A stretch of DNA of 64,000 nucleotides from the human T2T-CHM13v2.0 reference genome, Homo sapiens. The translations under genes were made by a program, and so were the position numbers. Below the pieces are notes generated by a model. It worked only from the letters and a program-made list of their open reading frames with translations, made no database searches and was not told the origin of the DNA. The stretch's first letter is position 1. The number at the start of each line of letters is the position of its first letter. The stretch lies in NCBI RefSeq assembly GCF_009914755.1, contig NC_060925.1. One strand, 5' to 3'. Positions 1-35,221 of the stretch are shown in pieces.

Positions 1-180
1 AGAAGAATCAAGAGATGCCAAACACTCAAGTACCAAGAACTTGCTCAAATGAATTCACAGGTTACACTATATATCCCAGGAGATGGTACATACAGCCCTA
101 ACATGAGGCATTGAACTTCTGAAGACCTAGTACCCAACGAAAAAATGCAACCTCTCCTGGACATCTGACTGTTCACATAC

Positions 181-312
181 CTGTCCTGTGGGTTGTAGGA
201 ACTGATTATGGAACCGGCCATAGCACGAGTGCTTGCGTTGTCACTAATTGCACCAAGACTGGCTGTGTCTTTGGGGAAAATTTCCTTTTGGACATCGGCT
301 TGAACTTCTAAC
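181..312 (-). CDS. RNF19B: RNF19B exon 8 (the final exon is outside the window)
   Basis: [43 protein letters not shown]. Acceptor acacag|, donor |gtatgt, 132 nt, phase consistent. Confidence 0.95.
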
Positions 313-945
313 CTGTGTAAAGAGGGGACGTTCAAGTTAATATGAGACCTGGGTATTCCAAGACAGTCTGCTTCCTGGCACACATCTCTTCCATTACTCT
401 CTTGCAAATTGTGGTTGTCTGTCTGATCTTCTCCAACTGTCAAACAGCGCAAATAGATGCCCATACATTTTTTCTCTTAAATATCTATTGAAATCGTCCC
501 CTCCTTTCTATCCCCACAGCTACTGCTGAACTTCAGGTTTTCATCATCTCCTGCCTGGATGACTAAAACTGGGCTCCCTCTCCAGTAGCCCTTAAGTCCA
601 AGTCAAACAACCTCTAGAACAGTGCCAGTGTGAATAAAGACCCAATCACTCTAACAATTCTCTAACTCTTGGCTCCCTACTGCCAACAGGCATTAAGGTC
701 TTCCTGATCTGCCAGGAAGCTCTCTGTCCAGTTCTATCACTCCCTATAGATCCGAAATCATAGTCACTCTGAATTCTTTCTTTCTTTAAATACCTATACA
801 TTTTATACTTCCATGACTTTGCACATGCTATTCTGTCTCTCTAGAAATTTCCTTTCTCTACCAGACAAACTTATACTCAGTCCTTAACAACAAAGGAACT
901 ATCACTTCCCCTCATTATCCCAGCAAACCATTCACTTCTTGCTAA

Positions 946-1257
<312 letters not shown>

Positions 1258-2724
1258 TGCCTACTTATTATTATGCATCTCTCACTTGTCTGTTAACTCC
1301 ACAAAAGGAGAGACCACAACTCATACACACTTTACCTTCCCTGCCTTGCACATAATAGGAAATCAAACATTTAACAATCAAATTACCTCCAGGGAATGAG
1401 ACTGAAGGACATACAGGAGCCAACCTCTTCCCTCCTCTTGGAGCAGCAAACTTTCCCAATAGTGTCTCAGAGCCCATAACTATTGCCTTTCTTGGCTCCA
1501 ACATCACTTTGTTGCACAGTTAAGTATTTCCTTATAATGGGTTTCACAGTCAAACCCATCTGACTCATTCACTTCCTATAAAATAAAGGCTTTCACAGAA
1601 CTAGAACAGCTGGACTGGCTAAGCTGCAGTTTCAGCAAGTCAGTCTCCAATTATGTCTGTCTGCTTATTTACAGGGGTGTTGGTTTTAAGAAAGCACAGC
1701 AGTGAATATGCCAGCATGTGGGGGCGGGATCCCCTGATAAGAGACAACCAGAGTCATGAGATGCACAGACGGGTCAGTAGCAGCCTGCAGCTGCACATTC
1801 AAGCAGCTTCCATCCTACTGCCTGAGCCTTTGCTTTGCTGCTCCAGCTTCAGGTGCCCTTCAAAAATGTGCCAAGGCCCAGGGAAATGAGGGAATGCAAT
1901 GGAAAGTGCACAGTGTCAGAGACCTGGCTTCTAGTTTCAGGTCTGCCACAGAATCACTCTGAGTTGGAAGAGTCTTTCAGAAAGGGCTCCTACTTAGGTG
2001 GTTGTCAGATGCTGGTTCATGCAACGGCTGTGCTAGAATTACCTGGGGAGCTTTTGCAAAACACGGATCACCCCCTAGGTGCCACTCCAGGAAATTCTAA
2101 GCTACTCATTCTGGGATGGGTCCCTGAAGTCTATTTTTAAGAGGCTCCCAAGTGATTGACAGGCACTCAGGTGGGAGATCCAGTCCACCTGCCATCTGTT
2201 GCTTGAATCCTTCTTATAGCCAAATAGCCATCTGGTCTCATTGTAAACATTTCCAGGGATAGGCAGCTCAGTATCTACTAAAGTAGCCTTTTTCCTCTTT
2301 GGGCTTTCATGTTGCTTTTCCCTATATTCTCTATACTGAACCAAAATTAGTTTCCCTTTAGCTTCTGCCAAGTCATCTTAATCTACCTTTTGGTATGAGG
2401 CATAGAAGTCTAATCCTTTTCACAGTTGAAGGTCCTTTGGATAGCTGAAGGCAACCATCTCCTCTACCTTCCTATCCTGCTTTGTTCTACCTTTACCCCT
2501 CCCTAGGCCTTTCTTCTCCGTTGCATTCAACTGCTTCTCAGGCAACATGTTATGCTCCTCTGAAAATATACACTCTGGTCTGCCTAACTAGTGAAATGAC
2601 CAAGCAAGTCACAATCTTTTTAGTTACAAAGCTTTACATATTTTCAACACAAGTACATAGAATTGATTTTCCTTATCTAGCAAATGGAAATAGAAAGGTA
2701 ATAAGGATTGCAGTATCACTAAAC

Positions 2725-3916
<1,192 letters not shown>

Positions 3917-4035
3917 CATTGACAATTAAATCAAAATAAGATGATACGTGGCACAAGCCTGGCACAGAGAAATGGCTCAATGTGTTACTTCTTATAATTC
4001 TAACCATTTCTGTCAGAAATTATCTATTTGTTTAC

Positions 4036-4243
4036 CTGCTATATTTTCCCTTGCCACTGGAGAGAATGCCGCCACTCAGCGTGCCCCCTGAGAGGGCTGC
4101 AAAGCTGGCCGTTTCGCTGTAAGGACCTTGCATAACACTAAGTCCATCTGTAGGGCTTCCACTAGTGCTCAATACACTAGTCAGGCCTTCAATGCTGCTT
4201 TCCCCAATGCTGGGATTCTTGAGGGCTCTCCAGGCATCTGCCA
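4036..4243 (-). CDS. RNF19B: RNF19B exon 7
   Basis: [20 protein letters not shown]...SSGKGKYSR. Acceptor cccag|, donor |gtaaac, 208 nt. Confidence 0.96.
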
Positions 4244-4642
4244 CTGGGGATAGAACCAAACATCCAATTCAAGACAGCAGAGCATCAAAACAGTCAGTAG
4301 GCATTTTCCTGCAATGACTTTTCAGAGAACTAATGTATTTACTTAATGAACAGGTACTGTGTGCAGTCGCCACATATCAGGTGTTTTAACATATGTTCAT
4401 ATTTAATCCTCCAAATAACTAGGCATTAATAGCCTCAATTTTAGATGAGAAAACTAAAATTTAAAACTAAATGACTTGTCCAAGGCCATGGTAGTTACAT
4501 GAAACTATAACTCTGATTCCAAGGCCACTATTCTTTCCACTACACTGTTGCTTCCATGTAACCAAACGTGAAGATTTAAAAAATATGTTTGGGTCATGTG
4601 CTGATTTTAATAGGAAGCTTCTAGTAGAAAGCTAGAAAAACC

Positions 4643-5451
<809 letters not shown>

Positions 5452-5802
5452 TCAGAGAGCTGTTTGTTGTAAAAAGCAAGTGAGATAATTGTGTAAAATA
5501 CTCTGAAAATTATCAAGTACTGTGCAGATATAAAGATGTTATTATAATCACTACTACTACCAGCATACTTGGAGTTACTTGGATTCCTACTAGTTTGTAC
5601 CTGCCACACAGAGGCAAGTACCAGGGGAATTAACCTAATAACTTTGGAACAAAGAAATGAAAAGCTAAAAATACTTTACCCCCTACAAAGCTCATTATCC
5701 AAAGTAATCCAATGACAATCTCCCTGTAAAATGCGCTGAATTTTACTGATTTTTATCTTGTATATCATAAATTCAAATGGAAATAAACATCCTGCTTTTT
5801 AC

Positions 5803-5943
5803 CTGTGATTGGACCATCATCTTCATCAAATTCAATTTTCACTCCTTTTCCGTTGGCTGTGCTAACTCCACAGCCGCCTCCACGACAAAGAGAAATGGGC
5901 ACAACCCCATAAACATATGCCAGCATAATGGGGACACCAATAC
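5803..5943 (-). CDS. RNF19B: RNF19B exon 6
   Basis: [47 protein letters not shown]. Acceptor cccag|, donor |gtaaa, 141 nt. Confidence 0.96.
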
Positions 5944-6449
5944 CTGGGGGAAGAGAAGGAAACATGTCAGCTGGCTATTAGGTTGCAAGTGCCCTGAATT
6001 CTTCTTCCCAGTCTGGGCATGGACAAACCACTTTATAAAGAAAGGAAGACAGAAAGTGGCTATCCCAAAAAGGTGGCCTGGTGTAACAGAATGATGACCA
6101 GGCTAGAAATCAGAAAGGTCTGGATTAGATTCTTGGCTCCATTTACTAGCTGTATAACCTTGGACCTATCTTCCCAGGGTTGTCAATAATCAAATGAGAA
6201 TGCTATGTACTGTGTTTTGCACAGTAAATATATGTTGCTTTCATTTTCCCCTCTTCTAATCACTGCTGAAATGCTAACCCAATCAAGAGCCAATCAAGAA
6301 TCAAATATTAAATAAGTGACTACTGCTTGGAGTTTAGGATCTCCTCAGGATGTTAATTCCAAAATCTTACTGCTGTGTGAGGTAGAATGGCTTAGCTGTT
6401 AAGAGAACAGGATCTGAAGGCAGATTAACTTGATTCATGTCCCAGCTAA

Positions 6450-6770
<321 letters not shown>

Positions 6771-7297
6771 CAATTACTGCACCTTTCTATTAAAATTGTG
6801 CTTCCTTTTGTAAGGATTGTGAGGATTAAATAAATTAATATATGCAAAAGTCTCAGAACCACTCCTGGCACATGAAGAGCCACATTAAATGTTAGTTACA
6901 CTATTATTATTCTAAAACAAACTCTTATGCCTCCCAAAGTAATGTGAAGCATTAAACAAATCAAAACAAAAGTAATTTTGTTTTGTGGATTTCATGGCAA
7001 GTAGAGAAGGAAGATGAAAGGTGAAAACTAGGGCTTAAAATAAGTTTCTGTAATTCAACCTTTTCTATGTGCCAAATGGAGTTCTAGGCACTAACTTAAG
7101 AACAAAAGATTGCACACTCTGATAATTTGGTGTGCTTGAAAAACTTAAAAATAATCATAATCATGGTGCCTAACAGAATTTACTATCAAGGTGGGTTCGC
7201 ATAAAATGTAGGAGTCTTTGAGAAACATCTGGCCATCTGGCTAAACTGCTATGGTCAGAAAGCTGAGAGAGAAGAGGTGTGGTCCTGACTAGCTTAC

Positions 7298-7412
7298 CAA
7301 CACTAACTGCAGCAATAACTGGGGATGCAATGACCGACAAAGTCACTCCTCCAGTGATAGCCAAATTCCTCTTGTGTTTGGAGGTTTTCCTTCCCTCATA
7401 CCTGCTGTGAAT
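7298..7412 (-). CDS. RNF19B: RNF19B exon 5
   Basis: [38 protein letters not shown]. Acceptor cttag|, donor |gtaag, 115 nt. Confidence 0.96.
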
Positions 7413-7654
7413 CTAAGAATAAAAAAAGAAAATCCAGGTCAGCAGGTTAGGACATCAATCTTTTGCCAGAGAAAAAAAGGACAGGTGAATATTCACTTGT
7501 AAGTTATCTATATTAAAACATATCCTCTACCCCAAATAGGCATCTTTATCAAATTTTAACCTAACTCAGACCTGGAAGATATAAAGTAATACAGGCAAAG
7601 TTAATCCAAAAAGAGACAAAATAACTCCAGCAGAATGAAGTAAGCATTTTACCT

Positions 7655-7958
7655 TCTTCTTTTATTTTTTTTTTTGGAGTCTGTCATGCAGGCTGGAGTG
7701 CAGTGGTGCGATCTTGGCTCACTGCAACCTCTACGTCCCTGGGCTCAAGCAATCCTCCCACCTCAGCCTCCCTAGTAGCTGGGACTGTAGGCACATGCCA
7801 CCATACCCAGCTAATTTTTCTATTTTTTTGGGTACAGATGGGTTTTGTCATGTTGCCCAGGCTGGTCTCAAACACCTGGGCTCAACTGATCTACCTGCCT
7901 TGGCTTCCCAAAGTGCTAGGCCACGTATTACAAATGTGAACCATCATGCCTGGCCCAG
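7655..7958 (-). mobile_element. AluJ-like
   Basis: Reverse Alu with CTGGGCTCAAG. Confidence 0.88.
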
Positions 7959-8185
7959 CATTCTACCTTTAAGTCACTGAGACAAGCCAGGCCCAGGATG
8001 TTAATAAGAACTTTCAGATCTCATGGGGGTTTATGAAAATCCATTTAAGAAAGTAAGGTTATTTTTATCTAAGAACCAGCTGGTTTTCAGGCAGCTCTGA
8101 AACATAGCTCCTTCCCATTTCCCTCAAACCTTTACTAACGAACCTAAAGTTGAAACAAGCACAGAAACCAGCATGTCTTTCTTAC

Positions 8186-8348
8186 CTTCCTTCCAACATA
8201 AACAGGAATGCCAATGACCATGGCAGGAATGGCAATGCCAGCAATGAGAGAAATCCCCACTGGAGCACCAATCAACGTGCCCAGCTGCCAAAGAATTTTC
8301 TTCTTACGGCTCCATGGCTTCTTGCCCCAGAATGTACAGCCAGAGGGG
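8186..8348 (-). CDS. RNF19B: RNF19B exon 4 (includes hydrophobic transmembrane segment)
   Basis: [54 protein letters not shown]. Acceptor ctgcag|, donor |gtaag, 163 nt. Confidence 0.97.
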
Positions 8349-9161
8349 CTGCAGGGGAAACAGACTGAAGTTAATGTCAACATTACAAATACAGCTAGTA
8401 TTATCATAGGGCTTGATAACAGCAACAGCCTTCTTTTCAGTAAGGATTAACAGAAGAGTTTATGGGAAATGAATACATTACACAAGGGAGAGCAAAGGAC
8501 AAGGCCAGACTATTAGAGCTCTGGGCTCTTTAACTTTTTTGGTTGTTGTTGTAAAGACAGGCTTCCAGACTTGAAATTCCTTTTCCATTCTTCTCTGCTG
8601 AATTCTGTCTTCCCTAACCCACCAAAACTGATCTAGCTTCCATGACTGACAATACTTGGGATGCTGCATAGCCTTATGCACTTGACATCCCATCCAGACA
8701 CACTGCACCCTGCACTAATGAACACTCTGATTTGTGTAGTTTTCTTGGCATATGTCCTACCATACCTAATAGATACTGCAAACCATGTTCGTGGGAGAGG
8801 ATATAAAAAGACCTCATCATAACCTTTCTATCAGTTTGGTATTCTGAGTTTGGCTACTTTTACAGTCAGCCCTTCTGTGCCCAACCATTTTTGCCCATTC
8901 TCTTTGTGCTATCTTCTCCACTAGAAGGGATAAACAATTTTGAAAATAGGGATCATGTCTTACTCACCCCTATGTCCCCAATGACTAGCACACAGTAAGT
9001 ACTCAAATGTTCGACAAATTGGCAATGAAGGTGTTGTGTTTCATTTACACAATGAATGTTTGTTTGTAAATATTAACACATTTTGTTTATTTGTAAATAT
9101 TAGCAAACATTTTGTTTGTAAATATTAACTCCTCCACAACATTTTAATATTCACTCAATGA

Positions 9162-9591
<430 letters not shown>

Positions 9592-10005
9592 TTATGACAA
9601 AAGATAAAAGAAAGTCAAAGAATGAGGCGGAAAAAGGAGAGGCAACATGGATGAAAGGCATTTAAGTGGCTCTTAAAAGATAAGAACTGAACAAGTTGAG
9701 ATAAAAGGAGGATACTGGAAGGTAGGCAGAAAGCATTCTAGGCAAAGGAAAGAACATGAACAAGTATGGAGGCAAGACAGCAAAAGGGAAAAAGCAAGTC
9801 CAGACTACCTGTAATATGGCAAGCAAAGAAAGGTAGAAACAGAATAGTAGCTGGTGAAAACATGATTAGAGGAGCATGTCAGAAGAAGTTTTCACAGCTT
9901 CCTTAAACCTGTAATGAGAGAACGGATGTGTCTTTTTGACATCCTTTTCCCTAAATCAGTAAGAGAATGAGACTACGAAAGGAATGGATGCATTTCCCAT
10001 CTTAC

Positions 10006-10150
10006 CTGAGGTAATGCAAGTCTGAGATCTCTTTCATACAAAGCCAACAGAATTCACAGCCACACACTGCACAGGTCATGTGATTACAGCTTCCATCATT
10101 CATCTTGATAATGTATGCACTGCATCGTGGGCATGGCTTGATGTCATCTG
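10006..10150 (-). CDS. RNF19B: RNF19B exon 3 (RING2 with catalytic Cys302); alternative start at 10147
   Basis: [55 protein letters not shown] tandem acceptor, donor |gtaag, 145 nt. Confidence 0.97.
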
Positions 10151-11352
10151 CTATGAGTGGGGGAAGAATGGGTAGAAAAAATACCCCTAGTTAAATCCAG
10201 TTTGATTTAATTGTTCCTAGGAGTATATATAAGAAATGAGGCAGCAGTCAAGAACTCTTCACTGAACACTCCAAATTGTACAACCCACTTTACTGGAAGG
10301 TTGGCTATGTCTAGACCTCAGGAATTTTCATAAAATGAATCCTGTCTCTTATTGAGCTGCCTATCCCAACAACTGGCATCTTACACAGCACTTGAACCAC
10401 ATTCTAGCAAGGAGATTTCCTTAGGGAGAAAGATGTTTCCAAGAAAAATGAAATTTCTACCAGTCGATAGGCTGGTAGATTTAAAAGAAGAATCCTACAG
10501 AAAGAATAGCCTGCAGCCTGGAATTAGCTTTACATTTTTAAAAACTTTAGTTTGGGAAATTTATTTTTCAGGTTCAACATGTATCATTGTGATTTGCTGT
10601 TAACATAGCCCACAATCCCTTCCCATGATACTTTCAAATTCAAAACCTAAAAACAACTGGGTATGCTATCTACCATATACTTGGTAATTTTCAGAGCAAG
10701 TTATGAACTATCCTAATAAAATGACAATTTAGGAAATTATGCTGTGCCAGGAAAAAGTGAATGGCAAAATCTTTCCTACTAGCCTCTCCCAAATGACATC
10801 AGCAAAATAAAAGTACAAAGCAATAAATCCACTGACATTTTAAAATAGGTTTCCTCTGACTCGCCAAGGTTGGAGCTGAATGTGTGACATTCCTCCTTTT
10901 AAGGTTAATCATTAATCTATACTAATACTGTTTCCTTTTCTTCAATCTGTACTCTACTTCCAAAGGCAGTGAGGCACTTAAGTCAGCTTGAAGGCAAACA
11001 GCACAGGTTTAATACTAATTAAATGTCTTTCTGTTCACAATGAAAGTTTTGAAAAAGCCCCTAGCAAAACAAAATGAACTAATTGCTCTCCAATCTGAGA
11101 CATATTACTAAGAAAGTAGGAACTACATAATTCAATTTTGTTGCATTTCAATTTTATATAGTTGGATAACCTATAATGGTCAGAGAGGGAAGTGCTATCT
11201 TTATTATAATATTGAAAGTATTATCAAATGATATTTTCTGCTCTCTGATCCTTTGGAGTACTTGGGTTATACAATAAGATAATTTCTTTCAGCTATGGGC
11301 TCACATCATGAAATACCAAATAAAGAGACAATGAGATAATGCCAACTTATAC

Positions 11353-11558
11353 CTGGTCCAGATTCTTGCCCATAACTGAGACCTGAAGTGTGTTTGGTCC
11401 GAACTCGTAAAGTCTGGGCCCTCTGTTGACGGGCCATATCGCATGTCTGATTTGGATGCCATATCTGCTTGCAGTGGTAGCAGAACTCAGTCTGGCAACC
11501 TTCCCTCTCACAAGTTAGCTTCGGGCAGCTGGCACAGCCATAGGCAATAACAGCATAA
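11353..11558 (-). CDS. RNF19B: RNF19B exon 2 (rest of IBR and linker)
   Basis: Hand translation [46 protein letters not shown]...QESGP. Acceptor cctag|, donor |gtataag, 206 nt, phases fit. Confidence 0.97.
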
Positions 11559-11745
11559 CTAGGTAAGGAAACAGTAAGAGATACCAGTAAGGTAAGAATG
11601 ATCTAACCAAAAGAGACATTATTCATCAGAGTTAACAATGTTTGGCACTACCCCACTATCACATATGATACAGAGAAAAGAATACACATACACACATATA
11701 CACACACAAGCACATTTGACCAACTGTAAAATATATCCCATGTGA

Positions 11746-12057
<312 letters not shown>

Positions 12058-12335
12058 TAAATTTCTTGAGATTCCAAAAACACAAATCATTTATTTACTT
12101 TAAAAAGTGGAGGTGGAGTATCTTATTTATCCTGGATTTCCAGCATTTATTCAATCATAGCTGAAGCTGCTTTAGGAGTAGTTTGTCATAATAAGTTTCA
12201 TAAATAACAGGGTACAAAACTATTTCCTTTTGATAGTTTGCTATATTTAGAGAGATTAGTATTTGTTTATACGAAGGAAGAGGACATTAGTGAAATAAAG
12301 AGCTATGGCAAAAACTAAAGTTTATTTTTTAATTC

Positions 12336-12920
12336 CTTCTTTTTTTTTTTTGAGATGGGGTCTCACTGTCACCCAGGGTGGAATGCAGTGGCTCACTGCA
12401 ACCTCCGCATACCAGGCTCAAGCAATCCTCTTGCCTCAGCCTCTAGAGTAGCTGGGACTACAGGTGCGCACCACCACACTTGGCTAATTTTTGTAATTTG
12501 CATAGAGATGGGGTTTCGCCCCATTGCCCAGGCTGGTCGCAAACTTCCGGGCTCAATCAATCAGCCTGCCTCAGCCTCCCAAAGTGCTGGAATTACAGGC
12601 ATGAGCCACCATGCTACCTTTTCATTCTTTTTTTTTTTTTTTTGAGATGGAGTCTCGCTCTGTCGCCAGGCTGGAGTGCAGTGGCGCGACTCGGCTCACT
12701 GCAACCTCCGCCTCCCGGGTTCAAGCGATTCTCCTGCCTCAGCCTCCTTAGTAGCTGGGACTATAGGCATGCATCACCATGCGCAGCTAATTTTTGTATT
12801 TTTGTAGAGATAGGGTTTCACCATGTTGGCCAGGATGGTCTCGATCTCTTGACCTTATGATCCGCCCTCCTCGGCCTCCCAAAGTGCTGGGATTACAGGC
12901 GTGAGCCACTGCACTCAGCC
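12336..12920 (-). mobile_element. Tandem Alus: AluJ-like (~12336-12618) and AluSc-like (~12630-12920)
   Basis: Reverse Alu consensus. The second has CCAGGATGGTCTCGATCTCTTGACC. Confidence 0.9.
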
Positions 12921-13341
<421 letters not shown>

Positions 13342-13534
13342 TCATTCTTAAGTTCCAGTTCCACAGTGAAGCTGGTCTGACCATAGTCACAGAGACAATA
13401 AACCCTAAAGACTTATGATCAGCATCCCTCTTGAAAGCTCATCTTATCTTTCCATACTTTTTCAATTCAAACCTATACCTTGAAATGTCTTGATAGGCTC
13501 CAGAATCCAAGAATACCAGGCCTCTATCTTATAA

Positions 13535-16558
<3,024 letters not shown>

Positions 16559-17232
16559 CTATTCCACCAAATGGAGGTATAGGTACTTGTCACATTCAAA
16601 CGTAGCTAAACACGTTCTAAAACTGCATGTGAGACCTTGTCCTCAAAGATATATGGCGTAAAAACATCGTACACTCTGTCCTACTTTCTGGCTTTTACAT
16701 ACTCTATTCCTTCTACCTAGAAATGTCTTGTCCTTACTTCTTGCCCTGACAAGTACCCATTTAAGAACCAACTCAGGTGTCATTTTCTCTGTAAAATATA
16801 CTTAACCTCTCTAGGCAGCTCGTTGCCTACTTCGTGGGTGTGCACAATTATTTTATAACACTTACATTATAATGTAACTAACTGTTTATATGCTTGCCTT
16901 CCAAACCACACTGGACTTAAGGAGACATATCATCCACTTTTTAATCTCAGTCTAGTATACTGGTTCATGCTCAAAATACCTGTGTTGCATGAATGACAGA
17001 GACCCTCTCTTGTTTTGGTTGTTTGACCTTCCCTAGGACATTCTAGGTCTTCTCCTAGGCCATCACTCTGCTCTAAAGCAATCTTTTCAATGTATCCATG
17101 TATCTATTGGCTTATTATATGCCAGGTACTATAACCTAATCCTAAAATTTCATATAAACCCACTTTAGTGGTAAACCCCTAAGTTCTGAATACGGTAATC
17201 TTCTTCCCGAATAGTTGGAAAAAAAAAACCTC

Positions 17233-26860
<9,628 letters not shown>

Positions 26861-27439
26861 ACACCCAAGGTGGACTTTTTGGTTTGCCGTTCCTCACAGG
26901 TTGATTGCCACTTCCAGTAAATGATGGTTCAGTTACATTATTTATAAAAAGCAGGCAGGGGTTGATCAGATGGTGACTCCCAACTGGTTCACCTTCCAAC
27001 ATTTCTGTTTATTAAGCAGACGGCATAAATTAATAAAGAATATATTCATTCACTGAGCTTCTACAAAGTGCGAGGCATTAGAAAATAAAACAGACAAGGT
27101 CCCCTATTGCAAGGGACTTCCAGAATAAAGTCCAAATTTCTTAGTCTAGCATTCAGTGTTCTCTATGTATTTAATAAACCCTATGTATATAATAGTCTAT
27201 TTCTAGGCTCACTTACCATTCTATCCTCCTGGTATCTTGCTTACTTACCAAACTTGTGGAAGGAGACCCAGCGTTTTCTTGCCTGGCAGTGCCTTTGCCT
27301 TTCTTTTTCTAGTTCCCCATTCCTCTGACTGGGGGAGGATCTGGACCCTTAGGCTTCCTAGTGGGAGGCAGGCAACAGCTTCAACAACAGGAATGTATCA
27401 GGATTACATTCAATTGCAAATAACAAAAGAAAAAAATAG

Positions 27440-33890
<6,451 letters not shown>

Positions 33891-34521
33891 AGGTGACTTC
33901 TTGGGGATAGATAAACTGTGTATTTTACTTAAAATCTGTGCCCCTCCCCAGGACTTGTTTTACATGGATTCATTCATTCAATCAATTAATTAACATTTAG
34001 TGTGTACCTACTATGTGCCTGGTACAGTGTCGGTGATATAGCAATGAGCAAAACAGACAAGGTCACTGCTCACATGGAGCTTACAATCCAGTGGGAAAAA
34101 CCCTTACAAAAACAATCATACAAATAAACATACAGTTACAAATCAGGATAGATGCTAAGAAGGAAAAATACTTGGTGTGAGGTGTAAGAAATATTTTGGA
34201 GGTAAATTTAATAGGTTTTGGTCATAGATTTGATTGGGGACAGCGAGATGGAGATGGTTCTCAGGTTTTTGCTTGAGACAGAGAAGAGCATTTTGGGGAG
34301 ATAAGTGGGGCTGGATGTGTGGGACTTGAGGCATCTGTCGGATTTCTCTTTTAATCTTTGCCACCTCCAGCAGGTTGATTTACTCAAAGCTGAAAAATTA
34401 CAGCAAGTAATGGAAACCTGCAAATAAAGCTGGCCTCCAGGTAGGTAAGGTAGAAAGAGGGGCAGGTGTGGGAAGTCAGGAGAAAAGCAGAGAAGGGAAG
34501 GGGGACGAGAGGTGTTCATGG

Positions 34522-34631
34522 AGACAATAATCAGACCTCCCAGACAATAATCAGACCTCCCGAGACAATAATCAGACAATTGCTCCCACACAATAATCAG
34601 ACGTCCCAAGCTCCCAATAATCAGACCTCCC
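34522..34631. repeat. Minisatellite, five copies of core CAATAATCAGAC
   Basis: Cores start at 34525, 34545, 34566, 34591 and 34615. Confidence 0.9.
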
Positions 34632-35210
34632 TAGGACTGCGGCGATACCGTGCGTTTCACACTGCGGAACGAGCACGGCTCGCGTCTTCCCTTGCCCGGG
34701 GCAGGGCCAGCGCTTTCCTTGGGCACTCGAACGAGGGGAGGGGGCCGCTTAGTGCCTGGAAATCCGAGCAGCCTTGGCTTGCTTGGCTGCGCAACCCGCC
34801 AATCCGGCTGCGCCCGGTGGCGGTGCCATGTGACCAGCCTCCCTTTCCCTCCCTGGCCTTCCAGGGAAGACCGGCATCCCCGCAGTGCCGCCACCCTCGC
34901 CATCCCGCCCCCGCCCCTCGCGTGCCGCATCCGCGCGGGAGAGCGCCCGGCGAGGGGCCGGGATTCCGCCGCGGTCCGCTACGGCGCAGGGGACGGGAAG
35001 GGAGCGGAGGCGAGCGAGTTGCTGCCGCAGCTCCCGCAGTGTTTTCTGTCAAGGTCAAGCATACCCACTCTTTGACAAGGCTGCCTCCGAAATCCCTCCC
35101 TTGCAGTCCTCCCAGCCGTTCCCACCGCCTTTGCCACTCATCCGGCGGCAGCCGTCCTCGGACCACTGCCCCTGCCTCTCACTGGGCTTCCAGCAGACAC
35201 AGCGGGGGAT
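34630..35210. promoter_or_regulatory. Second CpG island with no evident coding gene
   Basis: CpG-dense non-repeat sequence. CCAAT at 34799-34803, CATGTGAC E-box at 34827-34834, tandem GC boxes at ~34904-34917. Confidence 0.75.
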
Positions 35211-35221
35211 GGGAGGGTTTC

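Noticed and set aside
45-464. 139-aa ORF extending exon 8 on both sides
   Set aside because: Only 181-312 has splice sites and phases that fit. The flanks are intron read-through with no supporting evidence.
34522-34631. CRISPR-like look of the spaced 12-nt repeats
   Set aside because: Repeat and spacers are far too short, the spacers are mutually related, there are no cas genes and the context is mammalian.
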